The translations under genes were made by a program, and so were the position numbers. A DNA stretch of 64,000 nt, taken from contig JBFIHX010000002.1 in assembly GCA_041601615.1 (NCBI GenBank), positions 160,001 through 224,000 on the forward strand. The letters run 5' to 3'. The DNA comes from Thermoplasmatota archaeon (lineage in GTDB: Archaea; Thermoplasmatota; E2; JACPAO01; JAHFTW01). Positions 9,294-20,301 of the stretch are shown here, piece by piece (position 1 is the first letter of the stretch; the number at the start of each line of letters is the position of its first letter). The notes beneath the pieces are model-generated. The model was given only the letters and a program-made list of their open reading frames with translations. It was not told the origin of the DNA and made no database searches.

Positions 9294-9941
9294 TTGCCTG
9301 ACCCCCCTCCTGCCGCCTCGACGCCGCCTCGACGACTTCCGTCTCGACGAGGTGCCGCTCCGCTGGCCCCCGTTTTCGTAAACCTGTGTGGTGATTATCG
9401 CTTCCTGCGCGGTGGCTACTGGGCCCTCGTGGACTCAGAACTCAACGGCGTCGAAAGCCGCCCAACTCCGATGCAAGCGGTCACCGCCCAAAACGCCGCC
9501 GCAAGCCTGCTTGTTGCCGCCCGCAACGGCATACCTTGTGCCGCCTGGACCGTCGCCAAACGCGCCGAAGACGTAGTGCCGCCGTGCATCCTTGTGCCCA
9601 ACGCTGGCCACACGGACACCTACTACCACGTCCAAAGCCCACGATCGGCCGCAAGCCAATGGCGAAGTGCTACCCAGAACGGCACCCGTGCAGCCCTTGC
9701 GATTCAGAAGGCCGGCCCACTCAAGAGCCTCAAATCCATCACAGGCGTCACCACCAACGCCGAGTTCGACCTCGCCTGGCGCGTCTGGGCAGTCTTCGGA
9801 ATTCCCCTATGCACGGTCTGGTACCTGGACGCCCCCGAAGGGCCGCAGTTTGTCAGCCTGGACCCCTTGCCCTTGCACGAGCTTACGGAGCGCGAGCTGC
9901 GCATGTACGAGGGGGTGAGCGCACGTCCCATGTCGCAATAG
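9294..9941 (+). CDS. RimK-like ATP-grasp N-terminal (RLAN) domain protein
   Basis: VNLCGDYRFLRGGYWALVDSELNG matches the RLAN pattern; directly precedes an ATP-grasp gene; start uncertain. Confidence 0.7.
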   Translation: MPDPPPAASTPPRRLPSRRGAAPLAPVFVNLCGDYRFLRGGYWALVDSELNGVESRPTPMQAVTAQNAAASLLVAARNGIPCAAWTVAKRAEDVVPPCILVPNAGHTDTYYHVQSPRSAASQWRSATQNGTRAALAIQKAGPLKSLKSITGVTTNAEFDLAWRVWAVFGIPLCTVWYLDAPEGPQFVSLDPLPLHELTERELRMYEGVSARPMSQ

Positions 9942-10819
9942 TTACGGAGGCCGCAAGCCGGGCCCGGTCCGCCGAGCACCGCGCCATGCGCGCCTACATC
10001 GACCAAGCACCGGAACACGGGCACACCGCGGCCATCATCGACGTATCCGAATTCCACAAGCTGGCCGAATTCGACGCCGCCCTGCTGCGCCTGGACACGA
10101 ACGTCCTGGGCCTGAGCTGGGCTGCGAGCCGCCACGCCTGGGAACTGGGTCTTCGCGTTGTGGATGATCCTCGCAGCATTCTCACCTGCATGAACAAAGC
10201 CCACGTCCAGGGGCTCTTGGAGCGTGCGAGCGTTCCAACGCCGGACACGATTCTCTTGACGCGTGCCGGATACGATCACCTGGATGCGGAAGCGATGTTC
10301 GAGGAACTCGGATCTCCCATCGTATGCAAAGCGCCTTCGGGGGCATTCAGCAGCGCCGTCGAAAAGGCCCACGACGCGGCGGGCCTCCGTGCGACCGTCA
10401 AGCGGTTTGCCGGGCGCAGCGACGTGGTCCTCCTGCAGCGCTATTCTCCGAGCACATTCGACTGGCGCGTCGGCATCCTCTGCGGCATTCCGCTCTATGC
10501 TGCTCGCTACCACATCCCCAAGGGTGCCTGGCGCATCCATGACAAACCCGAAGGCCAGACCCGCAAGGAATGGGCCAAAGTGGAGCGCGTGGAACTCGCC
10601 GACGTTCCCCCGGCCATCATGGACGCGGCGCAACGAGCCGCGGACACCATTGGTCGTAGCCTGTACGGCGTCGACTTGAAGGAACTGGCCGACGGCAGCG
10701 TCGTGGTTATCGAGGTCAACGACAACCCCAACATCGACTGGGACAGCGAACTTCCTGCCGGCAGCCCCGTCTTCGGGCGCATCCTAGACCTCGTCGCCCG
10801 GGAAGGGCCCCGTGCCTAA
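9923..10819 (+). CDS. RimK-family ATP-grasp peptide ligase
   Basis: VVDDPRSILTCMNK, PIVCKAPSGAFS, FDWRVGIL, LYGVDLKE, VIEVNDNPNID; homology appears to begin at ACG 9923, first in-frame ATG after it is ~9986. Confidence 0.85.
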   Translation, partial: TSHVAIVTEAASRARSAEHRAMRAYIDQAPEHGHTAAIIDVSEFHKLAEFDAALLRLDTNVLGLSWAASRHAWELGLRVVDDPRSILTCMNKAHVQGLLERASVPTPDTILLTRAGYDHLDAEAMFEELGSPIVCKAPSGAFSSAVEKAHDAAGLRATVKRFAGRSDVVLLQRYSPSTFDWRVGILCGIPLYAARYHIPKGAWRIHDKPEGQTRKEWAKVERVELADVPPAIMDAAQRAADTIGRSLYGVDLKELADGSVVVIEVNDNPNIDWDSELPAGSPVFGRILDLVAREGPRA

Positions 10820-11261
10820 GCCCGCGCTGCGTCGGGCGGAGGTCGCGGATCTGGACGGAATCGTTGCGCTGGAAACTGCGTGCTTCGAGCCGGAGCGACG
10901 AGCAAGCCGAAGCAGCCTGCGCCGCAGCCTACTGAGCCCACGCCAAGCGGTCTGGGTCTTAGCGGATGGTGCCGCCATCGTTGGCAGCCTCGTCTTGTGG
11001 CACCACCCCCTCACGACCCGCATCTACGGCGTGGCGGTTGACCCTGCGTGTCAGGGACAGGGGTTGGGGGAAGTACTCATGCAGCACGCCGAGCAGGAAG
11101 CCATGCAGGCCGGCGCCCGGCACGTGACCCTGGAGGCCGACGAAGGGCGCGCACGGCTGGTGGGTTGGTACGAACGCCTTGGATACCGCCGCGTGCGGTT
11201 GCGCGAGGACTTCTACGCGCCTGGGCGCGGGGCGTGGCGGATGGAAAAAAGCCTCCCCTGA
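10812..11261 (+). CDS. GNAT N-acetyltransferase (RimI-like)
   Basis: VAVDPACQGQGLG acetyl-CoA motif, WYERLGY; overlaps the upstream gene. Confidence 0.88.
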   Translation: MPKPALRRAEVADLDGIVALETACFEPERRASRSSLRRSLLSPRQAVWVLADGAAIVGSLVLWHHPLTTRIYGVAVDPACQGQGLGEVLMQHAEQEAMQAGARHVTLEADEGRARLVGWYERLGYRRVRLREDFYAPGRGAWRMEKSLP

Positions 11262-11285
11262 GTCCGACACGGGTGCAGATATCGT

Positions 11286-11984
11286 TCATGCAACGGGGGA
11301 CACAGCCGTTGGCGCGCTCTCGGCGGGGGTGCCGGGGCCGTCGTGTTCGCCGACTAGGGCTTGGTAGTACACGGCCACCGCCTGGCCAATCCAAGTGATG
11401 GATACGAGCACCCCGAGCACCAGCACCAAAAGGCCTGCGAGCACGATGAGAAACGACAGGATTCCGAGCCCAAACAGCGACCAGAATCGACCGCGTGTCA
11501 GCTCCCAGCTTCGACGCAGCGCAGCAACCGGGCCCTGCCGCTCGTCCAACAGCGCATAGGTCGTGAAGGTCAAGCGAACCGCCACGTAGATTCCCGGCAG
11601 AATCAGCAGTAGTAGCCCGGCCATGACGGCGAGCCAGGCAAGAACGGCCGTCCCAACCGCCTGGGGCCAGATGCGCCAACCCTCCAACCAGTCGCCAAAC
11701 TTGGGTGTCTTGCTGCGGCTTACTCGAAGATGGGCCCACGCGAGGCCCGTAGAAAACGGAGCAAGCACAAGAAACGCATACAGCAGAAAAATCGTCTGAA
11801 GTCCAAAGGCGGCCGCCGCGCTAGCATCGCCAAGAACGAGCCCCGCGATGCTACCCGGAGCTTCCAGCAAGAGGGTTAGGAATGCGAGACCGACGAGAAG
11901 CCAGAAAGGTGCTCGAATGTTTTGGAACGCCCGTTTCAAAACGGCCGCGACGCGAACGGGTCGGTTGCTTGGAGGAGACGACAT
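11286..11984 (-). CDS. integral membrane protein (DUF975-like)
   Basis: Several TM helices; [10 protein letters not shown] and [14 protein letters not shown] pattern. Confidence 0.7.
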   Translation of the reverse strand: MSSPPSNRPVRVAAVLKRAFQNIRAPFWLLVGLAFLTLLLEAPGSIAGLVLGDASAAAAFGLQTIFLLYAFLVLAPFSTGLAWAHLRVSRSKTPKFGDWLEGWRIWPQAVGTAVLAWLAVMAGLLLLILPGIYVAVRLTFTTYALLDERQGPVAALRRSWELTRGRFWSLFGLGILSFLIVLAGLLVLVLGVLVSITWIGQAVAVYYQALVGEHDGPGTPAESAPTAVSPVA

Positions 11985-12081
11985 TCAGCCACGCCACCCG
12001 GCGCGCCCTCAAGAACGGGCCTTGCAGCTTTGGGCGGCAGCAACCGGAGCCCGGGTCAGACAGCGCGATGTGTCGGCTTGC

Positions 12082-12336
12082 TCAGTTGCTCGTTTCGAAC
12101 ATGTTGATGACACAAGCGCCGTCCCAAGTGCGCCCGTAATCATCGTACCACCCGGCGCAGTACTGCGTGCACGTGGACTGCGAACAGGGGTAGGTGCCGA
12201 CGCAATAGTAGCGCGGAATCTCCATGTGGTCCAAGACACACACTTCGTCTTGAGCAGCGGCAGGCTCGGCGACCAGCAATGCGGCAAGAGGCATGAGCAG
12301 GAGCAGAGCTGTGGCGACCAGGGTTTGGCGGCGCAT
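12082..12336 (-). CDS. small secreted six-cysteine protein (84 aa)
   Basis: ATG at 12336 ([14 protein letters not shown]…EPAAA signal peptide); mature ~56 aa with 6 Cys; fills the intergenic gap. Confidence 0.65.
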   Translation of the reverse strand: MRRQTLVATALLLLMPLAALLVAEPAAAQDEVCVLDHMEIPRYYCVGTYPCSQSTCTQYCAGWYDDYGRTWDGACVINMFETSN

Positions 12337-12495
12337 GGGGCCGAATCTTGGGCTTGCAAATTGAGCGTTGTCGCCAACATCCTCCCCACATCTGGTCCAC
12401 ACTGCCTGGAACGGAGGGGCACGGTGCTGCATTTGGGCCTGCCTTCGGGGACCCCTCTCGCCAACCCTTATCAATTCGGTCGGGTCGGCACGGCC

Positions 12496-13827
<1,332 letters not shown>

Positions 13828-13922
13828 GCCAATAGGCTGCAAGGAAAAAGGCAGGAAAAGGCGTCGCGGAGCCATGAGCTCAGGCTCGGCCACGCAACGT
13901 AGCTCTACAACGTGCGTTCTGC

Positions 13923-14285
13923 TTACGGGAAGACTACGTTGCAGAAGGAACCGGCAAAGGCACGGCAGTTGCTCTCCGCCACCGTCTCGGCGGTCGTGAT
14001 GTAATCATTGCCGATGCCAACCGCGGTTTCGATTCGGAGGTTGACTTCGACGATGAGGGGGTTCACGATGCCTTCTGCCGTGGTGATGGCAAAGCATTGC
14101 GTGTCGAGCACGAAGTCCACCGTTTGTTCCACGGGGGAGTCGCCGGGTTGGCTACACGGAATGGGCGGGGCTTCCGACATCTCCAGTTCCTCCAATTGGG
14201 GCGGCTGCATGGCAAACGCGGAGGCAGACGGCAGGAGCATCAGGGTCAGCATCGCGGTCATCGCGACGGGTAGGGCTTTGGTCAT
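13923..14285 (-). CDS. small secreted Cys-containing protein
   Basis: ATG at 14285, signal peptide ending LPSASA; 4 Cys (PC…C…C…C) around an acidic helical region. Confidence 0.6.
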   Translation of the reverse strand: MTKALPVAMTAMLTLMLLPSASAFAMQPPQLEELEMSEAPPIPCSQPGDSPVEQTVDFVLDTQCFAITTAEGIVNPLIVEVNLRIETAVGIGNDYITTAETVAESNCRAFAGSFCNVVFP

Positions 14286-14480
14286 AGAATTCACCGACTC
14301 CTGTTGGAGTCCGTGTCGCATAGGCACCGCCTGCATGATTCTTTGCCAGCGCACCGTTTGTATCCAATCGGCCCAATAGAATACTAGGGCGGTGCCCGCG
14401 TGGCCTTGGGTGCCAACGAAGGAGGATTGGAACGGTTGCAATCGAGAAAAGCCTGAAATCGTAGACCACGATGCTGTAGA

Positions 14481-15845
14481 ATGGGCGCACAACTCCCCTG
14501 CCTGCTCTTGCTTGCCTTGACGGTATTTGGGGGATGCCTCGAGAATGATTCCGCCGGCTTCCAGCCACTGGAAAGAGTGGATGAGGACCTGATTCTCATG
14601 TGGCAAAGTCCAAACTTGGTTGGACCCGAACAGAGCAACGACAACAACCCCCCGCCCATCATGCCCCGCCCACCCCGCCCCGCGTGCGACGGCGCCAATT
14701 GCCATGTGCAGAACTTCACCATCGGGGACACCGGCGGCCGAGACGTCGCCATCAGCATCGAATGGGAAGGCCAGGACGAATCCTATGACCTTGGCAACGG
14801 GCCCGCCGGGTACCTCGGATCTGCGAACCTAGCCCTTGACTTGGTGATTCTGCGAGACGGCGTGCAGATCACAGACGGCGTGGAGTCGTTCCACTATGCC
14901 GGCGTTGCAATCCTGCACGACCCGGAACCCGGCGCGTACGCCGCCGAAGTGGTCGCCCGCTGGGGCACGGGAAGCTACCTCGGCGTCGTGCGTATCCAGG
15001 ACCCGAACCCCGGCTCTGATGTGCAAAAGCATGCTCTTGGGTTGCCAGACCTGGTGATGCTGCCGCCGGACCATTTGACCTTCGAGCAACCGCTGCTTGC
15101 CCAAGCATCCTTGGCACTCTCGGCAATTTCCCCCGGCTGTGGCCCCGACGAATTTGTAGAAGATCAAGAGCTGCGCTGCCTGCGCTTTGCCGGAATTCTA
15201 GGCAACCAAGGGCCCGGCGACCTAGAAACCCGGCTGCAATACGACGAAGCGGTTCGATCTACACTGGGCTCCGGCAACTGGGAACAACGCATCTTTTTGC
15301 CCGAAGGTGAAGAGACCATCACGATTGGGCCCGCACAGTACCATGCCGTGCACGGCCACTACCACATCCTCGATTTCGTAGACACCCACCTCTACGCATA
15401 CGACGAGGAAACCGGCACCCGCGGCGACGAACTGGGCACCGGACGAAAAACAGGCTTCTGCATCATCGACGGCGGCCTCATCGACCCCCTTGCACCAGCC
15501 GTCCCGCCCAAGTACCACGGCAACGGCTGCTGCTATCTGGCCGGCCTTTGCCAACTCGACATGGCAACCAACCCACACTTCGTCATGGGCATGAGTGCCG
15601 GCTGGTACGACATCTACCCCTGGTGGCGCGCCGACCAATACGTGGAGGTCCGTGGAATCACCGACGGCACCTACGAACTCGTGTCCGTGATCAACCCCGA
15701 TGGACTCCTACGAGAAGGAAACCAAGCCAACAACGAAGCAAGCACCGTGTTCCGCCTCACCGGAAACACCATCGAGATGCTGTCGCAACACACCCAAGCC
15801 GACGTAGGGCCCCACCTCGACGCCGATTGGGGCTACGGCGCATGA
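14481..15845 (+). CDS. lysyl oxidase-domain lipoprotein
   Basis: Lipobox FGGC; Cu-binding HAVHGHYH; GRKTGFC (LTQ Lys) and GWYDIY (LTQ Tyr); NPDGLLRE…NN. Confidence 0.85.
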   Translation: MGAQLPCLLLLALTVFGGCLENDSAGFQPLERVDEDLILMWQSPNLVGPEQSNDNNPPPIMPRPPRPACDGANCHVQNFTIGDTGGRDVAISIEWEGQDESYDLGNGPAGYLGSANLALDLVILRDGVQITDGVESFHYAGVAILHDPEPGAYAAEVVARWGTGSYLGVVRIQDPNPGSDVQKHALGLPDLVMLPPDHLTFEQPLLAQASLALSAISPGCGPDEFVEDQELRCLRFAGILGNQGPGDLETRLQYDEAVRSTLGSGNWEQRIFLPEGEETITIGPAQYHAVHGHYHILDFVDTHLYAYDEETGTRGDELGTGRKTGFCIIDGGLIDPLAPAVPPKYHGNGCCYLAGLCQLDMATNPHFVMGMSAGWYDIYPWWRADQYVEVRGITDGTYELVSVINPDGLLREGNQANNEASTVFRLTGNTIEMLSQHTQADVGPHLDADWGYGA

Positions 15846-15957
15846 CGAAGTGCCGAGGCCGATTACGACCGATGCACACGCAGATCCGCACCCGCAGTAT
15901 TGACCGGTTCGGGCCGTCGCGGACACGCTGATATACATCCGTCCGACTGGCCGCGCA

Positions 15958-16758
15958 ATGACTAGCTTCCAGGATTTCGAGGCCAAGGTGAACGGCATCG
16001 TGTTCAACCACCCCGTCGTTACCAGCAACGAATACACCAAGTGGGTCGCCATGGGCGAAATGACCGAAGAAGATGTGCGCGATTTGACCGTGCAATTTTC
16101 GGTCTTCAGTCACTACTTCATCCAAGCCCAACTTCTCAAGTGCTTCAGCGCGAAAACCCTGGAGCAATACCGCAGCGGCAAAGAGATTCTGATGAACGAA
16201 CTCGGCGTCTCCTTCACCAAGCCCGGCGCCACAGACACCGACGACCCCAACGCCGTTCCCACCGAAGGCACTGTCCAAGGCGGCAAGTACCGCCACACCG
16301 CCGCCCACTTCGAGTGGCTCCTGAAGTTCGCCGAACCCCTCGGCCTCGGCTTCAACGAAATCGGCAAATGGAACCAAGGCAGCGACGCCACGCACCACTT
16401 CTGCAACGCCCTCAATGAATGGTACGGCAACCCCGACCCCTGCGTCGGCGCCGGTGCCAGCTACGCCGTCGAAAACTGGGCCGCCCACGGCTTCTGGAAG
16501 GAACTCATCGCCGGCCTCACCGCCTTCAACGACCAGAGCGACAAGAAACTCAACCTCGGCTTCTGGAAGTGGCACGACATGGTCGAAGACCAACACGCCG
16601 AGCACACCCAGGACGAACTGAAGGAAGACTTCGAAGAAGACTGGTTCGACCAGGAGAAGTACCTGGAAGGCGCCGCCGCCATCCTCGAAGCCGTCAATGT
16701 GTTCTGGAAGGGCCTCAACGAGAGCCGCCTCGCGCGCCTCACGGCCACAGTGGCCTAG
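15958..16758 (+). CDS. heme-oxygenase-like diiron (CADD/PqqC/TenA-like) protein
   Basis: HPVV start, NELG, AAHFEWL, YAVENW, FWKWHDMVEDQHAEH metal-ligand pattern, FWKGL end. Confidence 0.7.
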   Translation: MTSFQDFEAKVNGIVFNHPVVTSNEYTKWVAMGEMTEEDVRDLTVQFSVFSHYFIQAQLLKCFSAKTLEQYRSGKEILMNELGVSFTKPGATDTDDPNAVPTEGTVQGGKYRHTAAHFEWLLKFAEPLGLGFNEIGKWNQGSDATHHFCNALNEWYGNPDPCVGAGASYAVENWAAHGFWKELIAGLTAFNDQSDKKLNLGFWKWHDMVEDQHAEHTQDELKEDFEEDWFDQEKYLEGAAAILEAVNVFWKGLNESRLARLTATVA

Positions 16759-16779
16759 TCGTCGCCCGACGCACCGAGC

Positions 16780-16820
16780 CTTTTTCTCTTCTTCTCATCC
16801 TTTGATCCTCTTTCTTTGTT
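16780..16820 (+). terminator. pyrimidine/oligo-T tract, probable archaeal terminator
   Basis: CTTTTTCTCTTCTTCTC…TCTTTCTTTGTT between convergent genes. Confidence 0.4.
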
Positions 16821-18019
16821 CACCGTCTTTGGCGCCCGAGCAGAGCCACCGCGAGGGTCAGAAATCCGACTGCAAAGCCCGCGAGGGCTACAAGGTCAGG
16901 CCAGATTCGATCCAGCCCCCATCCCCGAAGTAGGACGGAGCGCAAACCTTCGGTGGACCAGGTCGGGGGCACAAGAAACGAGAGAGGGCGGAGCCAGCCG
17001 GGCAGGCTCTCGATGGGAAGAAAAATGCCTCCAAGCAGTAGGGTGGGAACGACCAGGAGCGGCATGAACTGCACCGCTTGGGCTTCTCTGCGGGCCGCAG
17101 CACTAAGAAGGATTCCAAGGGCTTGGCTGGTGATTCCCAGCAAGACGACAATGGCGATGCCCAGCAAGAATGAGCCTTCTACTTGGACATCGAAAACGAG
17201 GACTGCGAGAACGAACAGGATTGAGACTTGGACCGTGGCGATGCCGCCGAACGCAATGGCGTTGCCGAGGACGATCTCGCTGTCGCGGGTCGGGCCTGCT
17301 TGCAACCGGGCAAGGGTGCCTCCGGTGCGCTCCTGGACAAATGCGAGCACGGTGAGAAGCGTCGTGAAAATGAAGACGCTGAAACTCATGATTCCCGGGA
17401 CGAAGAAGTCGATGAACTTGGCGCCTTCTGCATAGATGATGGTGGATGTGGCCGCAGGCCCAGCATCGGCGCGATCGTCGACGCCGGAAAGTGCGCGTCG
17501 GACCTCTTGCTGGACTGCTTCCACGACCTGGGCATTGGAACCGTCGAGGATCAACCGGGCCTGCGGGTCGGAGGATCCGGTCTCAGGGCTTCCGGTGCTC
17601 CCCGATGCCACATTCGTAGAGGGTCCAAGGCTCGGATTCGGGAGCGGAGGCAAGGGCAGGGGTAAGGCCGAGGGTGGAGTGTGGCTGGCCTCTTGCATGG
17701 CTTCACTGAACCCCGGAGGCACAATGATCGCGGCCCACGCGTCGCCGGCTTCCACGCGGTCGATGGCGCGGCGCTCGCTTGGCTCGTATTCGACATCCAG
17801 TAGATCGGAATCAAGCTCGTCAAGGAACTGGGCCGCCGCGTCTCCGTGGTCGAGGTCCACGACGACCACGCGGAGGTTGGCAAGGTCTGTGCCAAAGACA
17901 AACCCGAACGCAAGGATCGACAGCATGGGGCCGACGAGAATCAAAGCGAGGCTGCGTTTGTCGCGGCGCAGACTTCGCAAGACCTTGAGAGCGATTGCCC
18001 AAGTGCGGCCTGCATTCAC
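16820..18019 (-). CDS. ABC-2 type transporter permease
   Basis: RRDKR N-terminus, VVVDLD extracellular loop, ERTGGTLARL, GGIFLPIESLPGWLR. Confidence 0.9.
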   Translation of the reverse strand: MNAGRTWAIALKVLRSLRRDKRSLALILVGPMLSILAFGFVFGTDLANLRVVVVDLDHGDAAAQFLDELDSDLLDVEYEPSERRAIDRVEAGDAWAAIIVPPGFSEAMQEASHTPPSALPLPLPPLPNPSLGPSTNVASGSTGSPETGSSDPQARLILDGSNAQVVEAVQQEVRRALSGVDDRADAGPAATSTIIYAEGAKFIDFFVPGIMSFSVFIFTTLLTVLAFVQERTGGTLARLQAGPTRDSEIVLGNAIAFGGIATVQVSILFVLAVLVFDVQVEGSFLLGIAIVVLLGITSQALGILLSAAARREAQAVQFMPLLVVPTLLLGGIFLPIESLPGWLRPLSFLVPPTWSTEGLRSVLLRGWGLDRIWPDLVALAGFAVGFLTLAVALLGRQRR

Positions 18020-18771
18020 GGCGCGCTCCGGGCGGCCAGGTGCAGGAACGCAGATTCAAGATCCTCTTGGCCAGTCGATTCAACTAGGCTTGCGGGGCCG
18101 CCCTCCGCGATGAGTCGGCCTTTGTCCATCAATCCGACGCGGCCGCAGTGCCGGGCCTCATCCATGTAGTGCGTCGTCATCAGGATCGTCACTCCGTTGG
18201 CTTGCAGGCGTCGAAAGAAGGACCAGAAGTTGGCACGCAATTCCGGATCGACGCCGACGGTAGGTTCGTCAAGGACCAACAGGCGCGGGTGGTGGAGCAT
18301 CGCCGTGATGAGGCTGACACGGCGCTTCATGCCGCCAGACAATTCCGAAATGACCGAATCACTGCGGTCTTGGAGCGCAACGAGGCGCAACAGCCGCTCG
18401 GCCTGTTGGCAGAATGTTGCACGGGGCATGCTGTGGATGCGGCGAAAGGTGTCCAGATTCTCCCAGATCGTCAAGTCGTTGTACAATGCGGGCTCCTGGG
18501 GCATGTAGCCGATGAGGCGGCGCGCTGCATCGGGCGGGGTCGCTTCGCCAAGCACCCACGCGCGGCCCGCTGTGGCACGGGTCAGGCCCGTCAGGACCCG
18601 GATCGCCGTCGTCTTTCCTGAGCCGTTGGGGCCGATGAGTCCGTAGATTTCGCCGGCTCGCACGCGCATGGATAGATCGTCGAGTGCCGCCAAGGCGCCG
18701 TACCGTTTGGTAATCCGGTCCATGATGATCGCATGGCGAGGCCTCCTCGGCAAATCATTTGCGCCGGTCAC
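18016..18771 (-). CDS. ABC transporter ATP-binding protein
   Basis: GPNGSGKTT, LSGGMKRR, LVLDEPTVGVDP, TTHYMDEA; GTG 18771 with upstream GGAGG. Confidence 0.93.
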   Translation of the reverse strand: MTGANDLPRRPRHAIIMDRITKRYGALAALDDLSMRVRAGEIYGLIGPNGSGKTTAIRVLTGLTRATAGRAWVLGEATPPDAARRLIGYMPQEPALYNDLTIWENLDTFRRIHSMPRATFCQQAERLLRLVALQDRSDSVISELSGGMKRRVSLITAMLHHPRLLVLDEPTVGVDPELRANFWSFFRRLQANGVTILMTTHYMDEARHCGRVGLMDKGRLIAEGGPASLVESTGQEDLESAFLHLAARSAP

Positions 18772-20173
18772 GTCGGGCCTCCGCCGTCCTCGGTTGCTCG
18801 GGGGGCTTCGACCCGGGCCTGGGTGCTGGGCTGCTCGGCTGTTTTGTCCGGGGTCTTTCGGGGCGCGTCCTCGCACCTTGGGCCGTTGAGGGACTCGGCG
18901 CCGGCCCCTGGGCAAGAAGATGAAGATCCTCTGCGTCCAAGGCATCAAGCTCGCTCATCGTGGCCTCCTCTTTCGCCCCGATCTTCCGGGCCCGTGCCCT
19001 GCGGCGACCAATGAGAATGGGGCCAACAATCAGCAGCTCTAGCAACAGCACACCTCCTACGCTCAAGGCGACAATGCCTCCTGTTCCAAGCCGAGGTCCT
19101 GCGGCGAGGTTCTGAAGTGGAATCACCGTGGATTGCTCATGGCGTGTGCCAAAGCTGTCGGTATAGGCCAACTCGATGAGTGCGACGGGGCCCCCGTCGC
19201 CTTGGGAACGCACATCGAACGCGGCGGTGGAAAACGCACCCGCAGGCAGGTTTCCAAGCGCAATCGTATCGGCGTTCGTCACCGTGATCCCCTTTTCAGA
19301 AATCATGCGGACCTGGACGCCGGTGACCGGTTGCAGGCCGATGTTTGCCACCGCGAGGGTCACGGTCTCCTCGTCGATGTCCTGCACCCCCACCGACAAT
19401 CCGAGGCTGCCCGCCACCAGGACTCCCACCGTGGAGGTCGTGTCGAATCCGAATCCTGTGGGGTCGTTGTAGGTCGCTTGGAAGGTCAGTGCATAAGGCC
19501 CCGGCACCGCGCTTGAACTGCTCGTCATGCGCACGGGGACCTGCACCTCAGAGCGCGGCGCCACGGCCGGAATCTGGAACTCGTTACTGCCTCCCAGCGG
19601 AAACACCACGTTTCCGGCGCTGCTCCACCGCACCACCACATTCGACAGGACCGCGGGGCCGACATTCGCTACAGTGATGTTGATGTCCGTACCGAGCCCC
19701 GGGGCCAAATGGTCGGGAGACAGAGATCGGACCACGAGCGCGGCAGGGGAGCGGACCGTGATCGTCACATCCTGCGTTTCCCGGATGTGGTCAGAGGTGG
19801 ACGAGCCCTGCAACGTCACTCGGATCCGGTAGTACCCCGGGGCCAGATCCGCCGGGACTCCAAACGGGATCTGTGGCGTGGCCGTACCCTCCGGGCCCAA
19901 TGTGCCAAGAAACAGGCGCTCCGGTTCGACCACGAGCCCAACGTCTAGGGCCTCCACCTCCACCTCTAGGCTGTAGACCGTGACCGTGCCGACATTGCGC
20001 ACCTCGATTGCCAGGCTCCCAACCGTATCTGGCAAAGAGGTGGCCGGGGATGGGAGGGGCGATAATTGGACACGGGGCGCTGGCTGGGCTGCCATGCTAG
20101 GTACGAGGACAACCAAGATCAACAAAGCTGCCAACAGAAATCCCGGTCCGATGCGGGGGCTCGCACGGCGCAT
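18755..20173 (-). CDS. COG1361-type S-layer/Ig-like (CARDB-like) surface protein
   Basis: Signal peptide, repeated 'V.N.G' Ig-like modules with PG.Y motifs, C-terminal TM and basic tail; start approximate. Confidence 0.7.
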   Translation of the reverse strand: MRRASPRIGPGFLLAALLILVVLVPSMAAQPAPRVQLSPLPSPATSLPDTVGSLAIEVRNVGTVTVYSLEVEVEALDVGLVVEPERLFLGTLGPEGTATPQIPFGVPADLAPGYYRIRVTLQGSSTSDHIRETQDVTITVRSPAALVVRSLSPDHLAPGLGTDINITVANVGPAVLSNVVVRWSSAGNVVFPLGGSNEFQIPAVAPRSEVQVPVRMTSSSSAVPGPYALTFQATYNDPTGFGFDTTSTVGVLVAGSLGLSVGVQDIDEETVTLAVANIGLQPVTGVQVRMISEKGITVTNADTIALGNLPAGAFSTAAFDVRSQGDGGPVALIELAYTDSFGTRHEQSTVIPLQNLAAGPRLGTGGIVALSVGGVLLLELLIVGPILIGRRRARARKIGAKEEATMSELDALDAEDLHLLAQGPAPSPSTAQGARTRPERPRTKQPSSPAPRPGSKPPEQPRTAEARRDRRK

Positions 20174-20301
20174 ATAGGGTATTGCTGGGCGCCAAGAGGC
20201 CATAAATGCCGAGGCGAGCGGCTCTCTGGCTCCCTGCGCCGCGACTCGGCCTTGTTTTTGGGTATAGGAGGCTCTTTCGCGGCGGCCCGACTGGCGCGCC
20301 T

